A DNA stretch of 64,000 nt, from positions 2,700 to 66,699 of the IMG/VR virus record IMGVR_UViG_3300008107_000056; one strand, written 5' to 3'. Positions 35,841-46,800 of the stretch are shown piece by piece. The position numbers and the translations under genes were made by a program. The DNA is from a virus. The notes beneath the pieces were generated by a model. It saw only the letters and a list, made by a program, of their open reading frames with translations. It did no database searches and was not told where the DNA came from. The first letter of the stretch is position 1. Each line of letters begins with the position of its first letter.

Positions 35841-38800
35841 TTACGCTTGGCTTTCTTTCCATGAAATACGTGCTGTAACTGTTGTTGCGGCACTTGTATC
35901 TGTTGGAACAATACAAACTGTAATAATGTCTGGACCGTTTGGATAGACATAATCACCGCCTAAGATACTGTTACCAATTTCAGCAATTTCACTTAGATCT
36001 GCTGTAACTGGGCTGTTAACGGCTGCACGGAATTCGTAAATTGTAACTCCGCCGTTTACTGTATCTGTAGTTTGACCAGTGTGTTTAATAACCTGTGTCA
36101 ATGATGGTGCACCATAGTTTGCAAAGTATGCCTGTTGTGATAACGCGGCATTTAGAATCAACTTAACGGAAGCAGGCTTGTTGTTGCTGTTACCAACAAC
36201 TAGACCAACTTGTTGTAAGTTAATACTCATGCGGTTAATAATATCACGTTCACCTAAAGCACCAACTAAGCTGTTGTCTACACTTGGAGCTAGACGTAAA
36301 CTTAGAATTGGCACGTTTGTTCCAACTAGTGCTTGTGGAATACTGATTGTATCAGAACCACCAGAACCAGAAGCAACTGTGAACAAGTACGCTTTATCAT
36401 CTTCAAACACACCGTCCATGATTACAGAAGCACCCCAGTGATATAAGCTAGGAGCGTAACTTGGTGCGTTACCGTTCTTAATTTCATATCTTGCTGGCAA
36501 GTTACCAGAACGTAAATAAGCCTCTGTTTCTTTGTTGTTGTGAATGAATTCATGTACGTACATTACTACTCCGTCAGTTCCTTTGAATCCAAAACGCACT
36601 TTACCTGCACCGTACCAACTGTAATCCATATAGGTCATCTGCATACGATTGATGTTTAGTACCATTCCACTTCTGCCAGTTCCGTCACACTTATCAAGAC
36701 TCCACTCACTTTGTGGAATACGTAAGTCTTGTGTCAATGTTCCAACAACGTTATTACGTGTTGTTCCACGATAAGCAGGAGTTACTTGTATCTGTGTATC
36801 ACTAACAACTTTGTTAACTCTATAGCTCATACCACGAATAACAATGTTGTTACCAATTTCTAACTGTTTTGTAAAGTTAGTGTTGGTACCATTTACCACG
36901 TTACTCTTGTTAGTCACATTCAAGAAACCACCAAGTTGTTTGGTACTGTTACGACGAACACAGTGTAAACTCTTTCCGTCATATTCCCAGAACATACCGT
37001 TTTGGTCATCAAACATACCTGAACGTACTACAGCATCTTGCCATCCTGCCACAAACAAGTTAGGGAATCCACGTGGTGCTAGATCATAAGGAATTCCATT
37101 TGTAATGTATCTAAATGTAAAGTCATCAATGACGTTAGCAACTACGAAGTTTGGTCCACTTAACGGCTGTGTATATGGAGCACCACGTACAATGTTAGCA
37201 ATGATTGAAGCACTGTTAGTATCAATTGCTGTCTTTGCAGTTTGGAATTCTGCATCTGCCCATACTACGCTAGGTTCAGTACGTGTTGCTGGCAATAATG
37301 ACAATGCTTGTGTAACACTAGTTGCACCAACAACATCTGCTGTAATTTGAACTAAATCTTGTGCTTTAGTAATTTCTCCAGCATTTGCGTTTGAACCTGT
37401 AGTATCTTGTGTTAGCAAGTTACCTGTAGACTTAGTTACAGTAGTTCCAGCTAAAATTTGACCAATGATAGTCTTCAAACGACCATATGCGGCAACAGTT
37501 TGAACTCTGTGATCTGGACTAATTGTTGCTCCTTGATTTGAGAAACCATAGAAGAAGAATTTAGCCTGATCATAGGTTGCACTGTTTCCACCATATAGAA
37601 TGTCATAAACAATTGCGTTAATGGCATACTTAACGTCACGTTCGCACTTAGCAGTGTCGTGATTGTATAGTGGATAATTTTGTTCTACCCATTTCTCAAC
37701 TTCACGTGCCATAAAGTCACGGTTATTAACTAAACGTGCCTTAGCTGCCAATTGACTTGAACTTGCGTTAGTTGGATCGTTGTAGCTTAATGCATCAGCG
37801 GCACTTCTACCGTTGTTGATGATATCTAATACTTCATTCCAGAACGTATTGCTACGTGTTGTTGCGGCTGCACTTGCACTAACCCCAGCCAAAGCCGCAG
37901 TAGCATTTCTTGCATTGGTAATGTTACGCTTAACTCCTTCAGAAATTTCTAAGCTGTTAACTTCAGCAATTCCTAAGAAAATAGAGTTATAGTTTGTACC
38001 TAACGCAACGTCAAATCCTGCTCCTAATAGTAGGTAACCTAAATCGCGTTCGCATTTTACTGCTTCGTATTCACTAGTAGATCCTACGTTTTCTACGATA
38101 ATTTTATTACCTGTAAGAAGTTTGTGTGGACGACGTGTTACAACTGTTGCGTATGTTGAACCGTCATGTGTAATTCGACTTACATCAATACTTGGACTAA
38201 AGTTTATACCTGTAGAGTATTGTAAGCCTTTACCAGACTGATAACGGAAATACTTACGTGTTTGACGTACAATACTTACGTTTGGTCCTCTACTTGCATT
38301 AATTTCAACGCCACCATCAAACGGTCTGTGTACGTTCATACAATCTGGACGTACATACAACTGTGTTTCATTAATGATTGGTAGTGCTGTTAAAACACCG
38401 TCACGAATATTACCGTCAACTTGACCAGTGAAGAATGCTGTACCAGTAAATGATGTACCACTGGTAATATCACCAGTTGTATTGTAACGGATCCAACTTG
38501 AACCTGCCGCAGTTGCCGCTACCAAATAATGGTTGAATCCTGAGCCAGTGTTAGTAATATCACGATGTACCGCCTTTAATGCGTTGGCTAGGTTGTCAGC
38601 TAAACGAATTGTGTCATCGTTAACACGGATAACATAATAAGTTGCACCGTCTGTTAAGTTACCAACAATTGTACCAGAGTTAGCTGGACCAATTGAGTAG
38701 TAAACTTTAGTACCAGTTTGTAATCCGTGCGCTGGCAATGTAATTTCATCAGTTGTTGCGTTGACAACTTGTGTAACTAAACCACTGACTGCCACTGTTG

Positions 38801-41800
38801 TTTCCTGTGGGTTAAATGTAATTGCACGGCTTGGGAACGGATCAGTAACTACCATTTCTGAATCGTTGTTTACTGCAAGTACGTTCATAGAATATGTAGC
38901 GTGTTCTAACACTTCAAATCTATGATATACACCAGTACCAAGTGCTGTCAAGTTGACCATGTATTGGAAGTTTCCTGTATCACCGCTACCACCACGCAGT
39001 GCTTCAGCAGGGTTAGTATGTAGCGTAATATCGTTTGCTCCTAAAACGTTTACATAGTAAACTCTGTTGGCTGTTAGACCACCAATAGCAGTTTGAGGTA
39101 GACCAGATACGTAAGAATCATAATCACTTGAAGCTGCCTGTGAAGCACCGCCAAGTGCATCAATTCTATAAATTACTGCATCACCGTTACGTAGACCGTG
39201 TGCGGCTGTAAAGTTAATAACATTATCTGCAAGAATAACACGAGCTGCCAAAGAACCGTCAAAGTAAATTGTTCTACGTGGAATTGTATTAGATACACGT
39301 ATTACATCTCCACCTCTATAGCTGGTTAAGAAACGTGTGCTATAACTTGGCAATGATGGGCATACAATCCAGCTGACACTATAACGAGCACTATCATTAA
39401 TTGGTGCTTGACCTGTATTAGCTGTACCAGATCTTGTACCACTTACGGACATGTAATATGAATTTCTGTATAGTACAACGTCACCATAGTAGTAACTATC
39501 TGATGTGTTCCACTCGCCTTTGAAAGTTGTACCAGTTAAAGTTGGGTTAGTAACTTTAAATTGGTGAACTGATCCAGTTCCTACACCTAAAATATCCGCA
39601 CGGTCAGTGTTGGTATAAGCACCTACCCATGTATTGTGTAGAGAGAATTGGTTTGCTGCCTGTCCAGCTGCCGCGCCACCTGCAACTGAGCCAAATAGTG
39701 TATTAGAAACGAAGTATTGGCGTCCATTGATTAGACCATTAATCTGCGTTCCACCTGCCCATACTTGGTAAACAACGCGGTCACCAGTGGTAAAGCCATG
39801 ATTGTTAAACACGATACGATCTGAAGCTGCCAAGGCTGCTGCCGATGAACTACCGTTAACAACAATGTCACGTGCAACAACTGTGCCTAGTCCAACTCCT
39901 AAACTATCACCTGCAACTTGAGCAGTGGTTAATGTATGGCTACCTGCACTACCATTACTGCTATAACGTGTGATAGCAATACCAGCCAATGCGTTTGCTT
40001 TGGTTGTGGCCAATTGGAAAGCATTTAATTCTTTGCTGATCACGTAGTAAACTGTTGCATCGGTTAATTTAACATAGCTGTCATAAACACCAGTAGCACT
40101 GTCACCAATAGCGTATGTTAATGCGCCTTTGCTATATGTTACGGCAGTACCTGTAGCTAGACCATGGTTAGGAATATAAATTATACCGTCTGTCAAATTC
40201 ATTTGATCTTGAGGATCAAACTTAAATTGACGCTGAGCGATAGTAGAACTAGCAGTAAATGACATGCTGGTTGTAGTTGGCAAACTTGAGATTGTATATC
40301 CGCCATCTAGTGTACCAGTTGAACTAGTATCTTCAAAACTATGTGTTGGAACTGAAGTTGTAGTCAACCCTGCCAATGGAACAGCATTATAGAACTGGCG
40401 GAAAGTAAAGTTAGCGGCAGTACCAACAGCAGTGATGTCAATTGGATATGCCGCGTAAGCCAATGCTGGGCTTAGTGCTAATGCGAATGTATTGTTGTCA
40501 ATAACGATCACATAGTAAATGGTTGTTGCGGACCAACCAGTAACTGCACCACCAGTTGACAGTGCTGTTAGCAATACTGTTTCAGCTGTTCTAAAACCGT
40601 GATTTGTAAATGTCCAAGTATCAGTTGTTGCATTTGCACTACCAAAAGCAACGTTGAATGTACGTGGCAATGTTTGTGTTGTTGTGAACAACTGGAATGT
40701 ACCATATAGTTTTTCAACTACTTGGCCATCCTCATAAGCTGCCGCAGTAGTACTGTTTTGAGCACGAGTTACATTTATGGTAAATGGATTACTTGCACCA
40801 GTAATGGTTCCAACAATCATAACTTCGTTACCAACACGTATATAATCACCTTGAGCCAAGTTTGTTGTAGCTGTAATCTGTAGTGCAGTTGCACTTGCTG
40901 TACATGCGTACAATGTTCCTGGAACAGCCAAAGGAAGATCTTGTACTACGTTTTTAACAATGTATTGATTATTATTGATTAAACCAGGGGCACCAGTATA
41001 TGGGCTACCAATATCTACACCGCCTTGATTTTCATAACGCACTAGTGCGTTTTCAACAAAAAGCTGTGATTGTCTAGGAATAATAATTCTATTGCCTTGT
41101 GGGTTAGCTACTGCTGTATTGGCAAAACTTTGTGTAGCAGTAACACCTGCAATGGCAGTAAACTGCACAGTTGGCTGACCTGTTGGAAAAGTACCAACGG
41201 AGTACGCTTGTACTTTGAAGATATTATTGGTAATTGGAACCATATAATAACTAGATGCATTAGTCATACCAGTAATTGGTGTTGCCGCTGTATAGGTCAT
41301 ACGTACACGAGGCCAACTACGACCAGAACTATCACTTACTAAGTCAAATAATGGACCTGGATAGTCATAACCAGTTGGATATGTACCTTGTGTACCAGTA
41401 CCACCAGTTGTTTGAGTAGCCGCAGTACCGCCATGATTAATCAAGTAGAAGCTGTTGCTGTATGGATTTTCTTCAATTCTAAAAGCATAGAATCTACCTG
41501 CACCAACTGTTACTGTGCCAGCAAAGTTAATTGGGGCGCCATTTGGAGCAGTTGTTAAAGAGAATTCTTTAACAGCGCCAGCAGTATTAGCACTGATTAT
41601 ACTTTCAACATAATACTTTTGATAAGAAGTATATGTATTTGGCGTATCAATTACTGTAGTTGGTAATGTTGAACCAGTACCATTTTTAATAACAATTGGT
41701 GTGTTTTCTTGGATGTAAGATGGTAATGTGTTAAACAATGCAATTACACGATCTCGACCAGTACCAGCACCGCCAGTTGTACCAGCCGCAGTAAAGTTAG

Positions 41801-43844
41801 CAATGGTAAATCCTGGATGGAACGCATAAACACCGCCTGCAGCCGTATTAGATGTTGTAAAGTTTAACTTAGTTGCTCCAACACCAGTTGAATATGGAGT
41901 TGCACCAGCTGTGCCGTTTTCAGTTGTGTATACGTCAAATTGGTCTCTGTTTACAACGCTGACGAAATAGACTTGTCCTTCTACTGGAACAGTTGTACCA
42001 CCAGACCAACTATTACCGCCACCAACAAACATAATTGGTTCACCAGTTGTTAAACCGTGATTTTTAATAAAAATTCTATCTGCTGTAATTGCACTTACGT
42101 TTTGACGGAACCAATACTTACCAGTGGTTGCTTTCCAATCATGGATAGAAGCACGAGTATGGTTGATCATTGGTGAAGTGTGTAGAACAGCACGAGCGCC
42201 AACAGTAGTATAAATGTTATAACGATCAAAACTTGTTGTTCCGTTACCACCACTATCAACTAGAGTATAGGTTTGCGTTGCAGCCTGATTGCTCAATGTA
42301 CCAGTGTTGTCGGTTGGACCTTCCATTTCAAAAGTATTACCTGTTGCTGTCCAGTTAGCTGAACGAACAACGTACACACCGTTAAGTGCGGCAACACCCA
42401 TACCAGCAAGGGTAATTTGTTGACTTGGAACAATACCTAACGCATTAACTGTGTTTAAACCGTTAAGTGTTACAACAACAGTTGCAGATCCGCTTGTGGC
42501 AGCAATAGTTGAGATTTTATCTTCAATTCTGTCACCGCGTTTGAAAAGAGCAAAATCATGATTACCAGAACCACGACCGTTAAATGAAATTAAGTTTGTG
42601 CCTGCATAAGCATCTTTAGGATTAGATGTTAAACGTAATGTGTCTTTTGTTAACACTACAGCAAACATCATACCAGAGTTGGTGGTAGCCCATGTTGGAA
42701 TTGTACCGCTGCCTAATGGGAAATCGTTTCCACTGATAGCGTCAATACTAGGTGTTGCACCGCCGCTACTTACACCAACGTATGCTACTGGGTCACCAGT
42801 AATTAATCCGTGATTTGGAATAGTAACAACGCTTGTGCCAGTATCAATACCGCCTACCGCCGCAATAGTGCGACGAATTGTGCCATCATGATATGGTTCA
42901 AAAATGTTAAAGTTACCAGTGGCTAAACTGATAGAGCTACGATCTTCAACTTGTCCACCGTTAACAACACTACGTGGATCAAATGAAATTGCATTTTTAC
43001 TTAAACTGTTAACTAGGGCAAATGTAGCACCAACTTTAAAACCGTGATCAAAAGTGGTTCTTGCTGTTAATGTTGTTGAGCCGTCAGTGGTAATTGTTCC
43101 AGTGATATTAGAAGCTGTGTTATCTAATTGAATATTTGAACCTACATAGAAACGACCAGTTGTGATTGTTGTATATGAAGTAAAGATACTAACTGGGTTA
43201 GTAACCGTACCTTGTAGTTGTACAGCTCTTGCTTCAAATGTAAACACATAATCTGTTGTACGTTTGACAACAAATGTTCCCTCAGCAGTTACGCTGTCAA
43301 CTCCACGAACGTCAATTGGTGTACCTGTACTAATACCATGAGGACTTGAAGTAGTAACAGAAATTAAACTTGTGCCGTTAACAGTAACATCAACAACGTT
43401 ACTTAATGGAACGTCACCTGCTAATGAGTGGAAAGCTGGGACTTCGTTTTGACGCTCTAAGGTTTCCCATTTTGAGCTCTGTAAGCCATATTCAAAGTCA
43501 GTGTCAATTAATGTATTTGGTTGTGAAACGCGAAGTTTTGAAACAGGATCTGTCAAAAATTCTGCGGGTTGGAAAGGCACAGTGTCTCTCTCAATAAAGA
43601 CCTGTACTTGATCGCTGGCGCTCATTGCCGCGCAATCATACTCTAATATGTATGATGTAGTATCAGTAGCTGGATTGTATGACCAACTACTTACGCCTTT
43701 ATTTCCATCGGCGAAGTTGTAAAGAATAATGTTGCGTGTCACGTTTGTAATCAGCAACACTCTCTTTAGAGGCACATTACCTTCAACAGTGATTGTATCT
43801 GTTGTTGGACTAAATGTGTAGTCGAAAATCAGTGATTTTGCCAT
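35841..43844 (-). CDS. Giant (2667 aa) modular tail/baseplate appendage protein
   Basis: T/G/A/S-rich; about ten xHG[LF]xxGxx[VI] beta-repeat units, one CBM5/12-like repeat and a helical KCERD insert; late box at 43870-43875. Confidence 0.8.
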   Translation of the reverse strand: MAKSLIFDYTFSPTTDTITVEGNVPLKRVLLITNVTRNIILYNFADGNKGVSSWSYNPATDTTSYILEYDCAAMSASDQVQVFIERDTVPFQPAEFLTDPVSKLRVSQPNTLIDTDFEYGLQSSKWETLERQNEVPAFHSLAGDVPLSNVVDVTVNGTSLISVTTSSPHGISTGTPIDVRGVDSVTAEGTFVVKRTTDYVFTFEARAVQLQGTVTNPVSIFTSYTTITTGRFYVGSNIQLDNTASNITGTITTDGSTTLTARTTFDHGFKVGATFALVNSLSKNAISFDPRSVVNGGQVEDRSSISLATGNFNIFEPYHDGTIRRTIAAVGGIDTGTSVVTIPNHGLITGDPVAYVGVSSGGATPSIDAISGNDFPLGSGTIPTWATTNSGMMFAVVLTKDTLRLTSNPKDAYAGTNLISFNGRGSGNHDFALFKRGDRIEDKISTIAATSGSATVVVTLNGLNTVNALGIVPSQQITLAGMGVAALNGVYVVRSANWTATGNTFEMEGPTDNTGTLSNQAATQTYTLVDSGGNGTTSFDRYNIYTTVGARAVLHTSPMINHTRASIHDWKATTGKYWFRQNVSAITADRIFIKNHGLTTGEPIMFVGGGNSWSGGTTVPVEGQVYFVSVVNRDQFDVYTTENGTAGATPYSTGVGATKLNFTTSNTAAGGVYAFHPGFTIANFTAAGTTGGAGTGRDRVIALFNTLPSYIQENTPIVIKNGTGSTLPTTVIDTPNTYTSYQKYYVESIISANTAGAVKEFSLTTAPNGAPINFAGTVTVGAGRFYAFRIEENPYSNSFYLINHGGTAATQTTGGTGTQGTYPTGYDYPGPLFDLVSDSSGRSWPRVRMTYTAATPITGMTNASSYYMVPITNNIFKVQAYSVGTFPTGQPTVQFTAIAGVTATQSFANTAVANPQGNRIIIPRQSQLFVENALVRYENQGGVDIGSPYTGAPGLINNNQYIVKNVVQDLPLAVPGTLYACTASATALQITATTNLAQGDYIRVGNEVMIVGTITGASNPFTINVTRAQNSTTAAAYEDGQVVEKLYGTFQLFTTTQTLPRTFNVAFGSANATTDTWTFTNHGFRTAETVLLTALSTGGAVTGWSATTIYYVIVIDNNTFALALSPALAYAAYPIDITAVGTAANFTFRQFYNAVPLAGLTTTSVPTHSFEDTSSTGTLDGGYTISSLPTTTSMSFTASSTIAQRQFKFDPQDQMNLTDGIIYIPNHGLATGTAVTYSKGALTYAIGDSATGVYDSYVKLTDATVYYVISKELNAFQLATTKANALAGIAITRYSSNGSAGSHTLTTAQVAGDSLGVGLGTVVARDIVVNGSSSAAALAASDRIVFNNHGFTTGDRVVYQVWAGGTQINGLINGRQYFVSNTLFGSVAGGAAAGQAANQFSLHNTWVGAYTNTDRADILGVGTGSVHQFKVTNPTLTGTTFKGEWNTSDSYYYGDVVLYRNSYYMSVSGTRSGTANTGQAPINDSARYSVSWIVCPSLPSYSTRFLTSYRGGDVIRVSNTIPRRTIYFDGSLAARVILADNVINFTAAHGLRNGDAVIYRIDALGGASQAASSDYDSYVSGLPQTAIGGLTANRVYYVNVLGANDITLHTNPAEALRGGSGDTGNFQYMVNLTALGTGVYHRFEVLEHATYSMNVLAVNNDSEMVVTDPFPSRAITFNPQETTVAVSGLVTQVVNATTDEITLPAHGLQTGTKVYYSIGPANSGTIVGNLTDGATYYVIRVNDDTIRLADNLANALKAVHRDITNTGSGFNHYLVAATAAGSSWIRYNTTGDITSGTSFTGTAFFTGQVDGNIRDGVLTALPIINETQLYVRPDCMNVHRPFDGGVEINASRGPNVSIVRQTRKYFRYQSGKGLQYSTGINFSPSIDVSRITHDGSTYATVVTRRPHKLLTGNKIIVENVGSTSEYEAVKCERDLGYLLLGAGFDVALGTNYNSIFLGIAEVNSLEISEGVKRNITNARNATAALAGVSASAAATTRSNTFWNEVLDIINNGRSAADALSYNDPTNASSSQLAAKARLVNNRDFMAREVEKWVEQNYPLYNHDTAKCERDVKYAINAIVYDILYGGNSATYDQAKFFFYGFSNQGATISPDHRVQTVAAYGRLKTIIGQILAGTTVTKSTGNLLTQDTTGSNANAGEITKAQDLVQITADVVGATSVTQALSLLPATRTEPSVVWADAEFQTAKTAIDTNSASIIANIVRGAPYTQPLSGPNFVVANVIDDFTFRYITNGIPYDLAPRGFPNLFVAGWQDAVVRSGMFDDQNGMFWEYDGKSLHCVRRNSTKQLGGFLNVTNKSNVVNGTNTNFTKQLEIGNNIVIRGMSYRVNKVVSDTQIQVTPAYRGTTRNNVVGTLTQDLRIPQSEWSLDKCDGTGRSGMVLNINRMQMTYMDYSWYGAGKVRFGFKGTDGVVMYVHEFIHNNKETEAYLRSGNLPARYEIKNGNAPSYAPSLYHWGASVIMDGVFEDDKAYLFTVASGSGGSDTISIPQALVGTNVPILSLRLAPSVDNSLVGALGERDIINRMSINLQQVGLVVGNSNNKPASVKLILNAALSQQAYFANYGAPSLTQVIKHTGQTTDTVNGGVTIYEFRAAVNSPVTADLSEIAEIGNSILGGDYVYPNGPDIITVCIVPTDTSAATTVTARISWKESQA

Positions 43845-43882
43845 TTTAAGTTACCCTTTTAAGTTCTAATATTTATCTATGC

Positions 43883-46800
43883 TTACGCCAACGCAATACT
43901 AAACGCCACACTTAGCGAGTTAATACTTTGATCCACATAAGTTTTTACAGCCTGTTCTGTTGGAACAGCTAAGTTTGAATTTCCGCTTAATGTTCCATCA
44001 GCAGAAAATTCGTTAATTTGTTCTCCAATCTGCGCACCAATACTACCTAGTCGCAAACTTGTCAAACCGCTTAAGTCAAACGCATTAGCGTTCAATGTTG
44101 CACGACCTGTTGCTTGATCAACTTTGAAGAAGTCGCCTACCCTAAAGTTACCGTCTTGATCCGTACTTACGTAGAACACACGTCCTGGTAAGTTTTCAAC
44201 AATTTCGTTAACTTGTAATGTTGGCGAAAGTTGTGTAGGATATGCAGTTGATCTTCCTCCACTACCAATAGCCAAGAAATCATGACCAGTTAAACGAACC
44301 TTACTATACTTTGTTCTAACAGTGACTCCTGTTCCCTCTGCACTTGCTAAGAGCTTTTCAGTGGTCAATGTTAATATTGCAAATCCTGCTGGTTTATATC
44401 CAGTAGCAGCCGCAGTATAGTCAACAGCTTGAATAACGTATGTTCCGCCTGCACTAGCAATGCTCAAACTTGCGCCTGCAACAGGTTCAGCAGTTAGTCC
44501 TGAAACTACTACTAGGAATCCTTTTTGTCCAGTAACTCCACCAGTAACAATTGACGCTTGAACCGCAGTAGCAGTTCCAGTGATAGTCTGTCCAGCACTA
44601 AATGTACCACTGTTTACTTTAACGTATAATACGCCTGCGCTTGGTTGTGAACTTAGGATTGTTGCACTACCAGTTGGACTCGTTAATGTCTCTCCAGTAT
44701 TGAATACACCAGTTGAACTAGCATAAGTGATTAGTTCTCCGTATAATGTTCCAGTAATAGCTGTTTCGCTGGCATCAAAACCGCCTGCAATACAACCATA
44801 TGTTCCATAACTGTTATTACCGTTCAATGAACGAATCTGTCCGCCTGTACTTGCCGCATATCCATATGTACAGAAATATGTAAAGCAAGAAACAACTTCA
44901 GCTTTTCCAGTATTTGAACACCAAATACCAATTCCACCGTCATTGTTCATAGTATATCCGTGGAAAACAATCGATCTATAACCAGTGGCATGAACTGCTC
45001 CATTTACAACTGCGCCAATACCGCCCACTGAGAAACATGAACATTCTAGTACATACGGAGACTTAGTTGTGATTGGACTTGCAGGATTCAACGCCACAAA
45101 TACTCCTCCTGGAGTTGAAGTATCAACGTCGCCTGGAGTTCCAACTAAAAATCCATTTAATCCTTGCATTGTTATTTTTTGCAACAATGAGCCATTACTC
45201 ATTAAGAACATAGTTTGAGTTTCGTCGCCAACTTGTGGTTCAACAATAACACTTCTTAAACTATCTCCGACAATATACACATTGGCAGGGATGATAATAG
45301 GAAGATCTTCTGTGTATGTTCCACTCTTAACAAAAATAGTTGCTGGACCAGTTACTGTTGTACAGGCATATTTGATTGTTGCAAACGCACGATTAATGCT
45401 CTTTCCGTCGTTGCCATTATTTCCTTCTGGTGTAACATAATAAACTTGTCCAGTTACATTATTGTTTTCCCAAGCAGGTAGTCCAGCGCCGTTAACTGCT
45501 AAAACTTGACCGTTAGTTCCTACTGGAATACGTTCAACTGCACCACCTGAACCTTTACGTAGTAAGTCACCTGCGGTAGTCAAGATTGGGGTCACATCAC
45601 CTGTTTGTGCTACCAAATTCCATTTTGTTGGATTTGTAGTTGGGGTGTTACCAATGTTGTTAGCACTGATGCTGATCCATGTGCTACCCAAGTATTCTAC
45701 TGTGTCATCTAATTCATATTCTGTTCCAGCCGCATAAGTTCCCTTCCAGAACATACCAGCAGCCAACAAACTCCAATATGTAGCATTTGGTGGTTCAACT
45801 CCACCGCCGTTGTTTGAAGTATGTGCAAGAATACAAATGTAACTACGTGCGCCATATCTTACAATATCGCCTGCTAGATAAGCAGTACCATTTGTATAAG
45901 TTGGATTTGGTGCTAGTCTAACCCCGTCAACGTACAATGTAAAGAAACTGGTATTAGTTGGTAAATTGCCAGATCCTTCTGCGGTTGCAATATATAATTT
46001 TGCACCGTACTTAACTACTTCACCAACTTTATAAGTTGTTCCTCCAGCATAATCGCCTGCAAAACTAAAACCTGTAGTAAACGGATCCCAGTTAGCTGTA
46101 TTAGTTGGCGTAACACCAGTTGTATTAACTTTGGCAGCATAGATACTACCACCATAATTTACTAACTCACCTGGCTTATATGCTGTAGCACCACTATAAA
46201 CACCTGCGTAAGTATAGCCTTTGGTTAATACGTCCCAGTTTGCTGTTACTGTTGGCAAATTGCCAGTAGTGTTTCCTTTAGCTACATAGCTGTAACCACC
46301 ATACTGTACAATGTCACCTTTAACGTATGCAGTTGCTCCGCTATACGCACCTAGTGATTGTAGGCCGCTGACCATCGTATCCCAGTTGGCTGTATCAGAT
46401 GGTAAATTGCCTGTTGTATCTTGTTTTGCTACAAATGCGCTTGCACCGTATGTAACAATGTCGCCCTTCTTATAAAGAGTTGCGCCATTATAAATTCCTT
46501 TATAAACGACACCTTGTGTAATTACTGTAAAATAATTTGTGTCTGTTGGAAGATTACCTGTGGTAGTTACGGAAGCAACGTAAGTGTTAGCACCATAAGA
46601 AACAACATCACCTGGTTGATAAGTTGCGCCGTTATCGTATGTACCTTCAAATTGCAAACCAGTTGCAAACATTGTAAATTTAACTGTGTCAAATGTTACG
46701 GTACTGGTATGATGCGTGTTACAAATATAAACTTGCCCACCATAGCTAACCATATCGTTTAGCTTGTAACGAGTAGCACTTGCCCATGTTCCTTTGAAAG

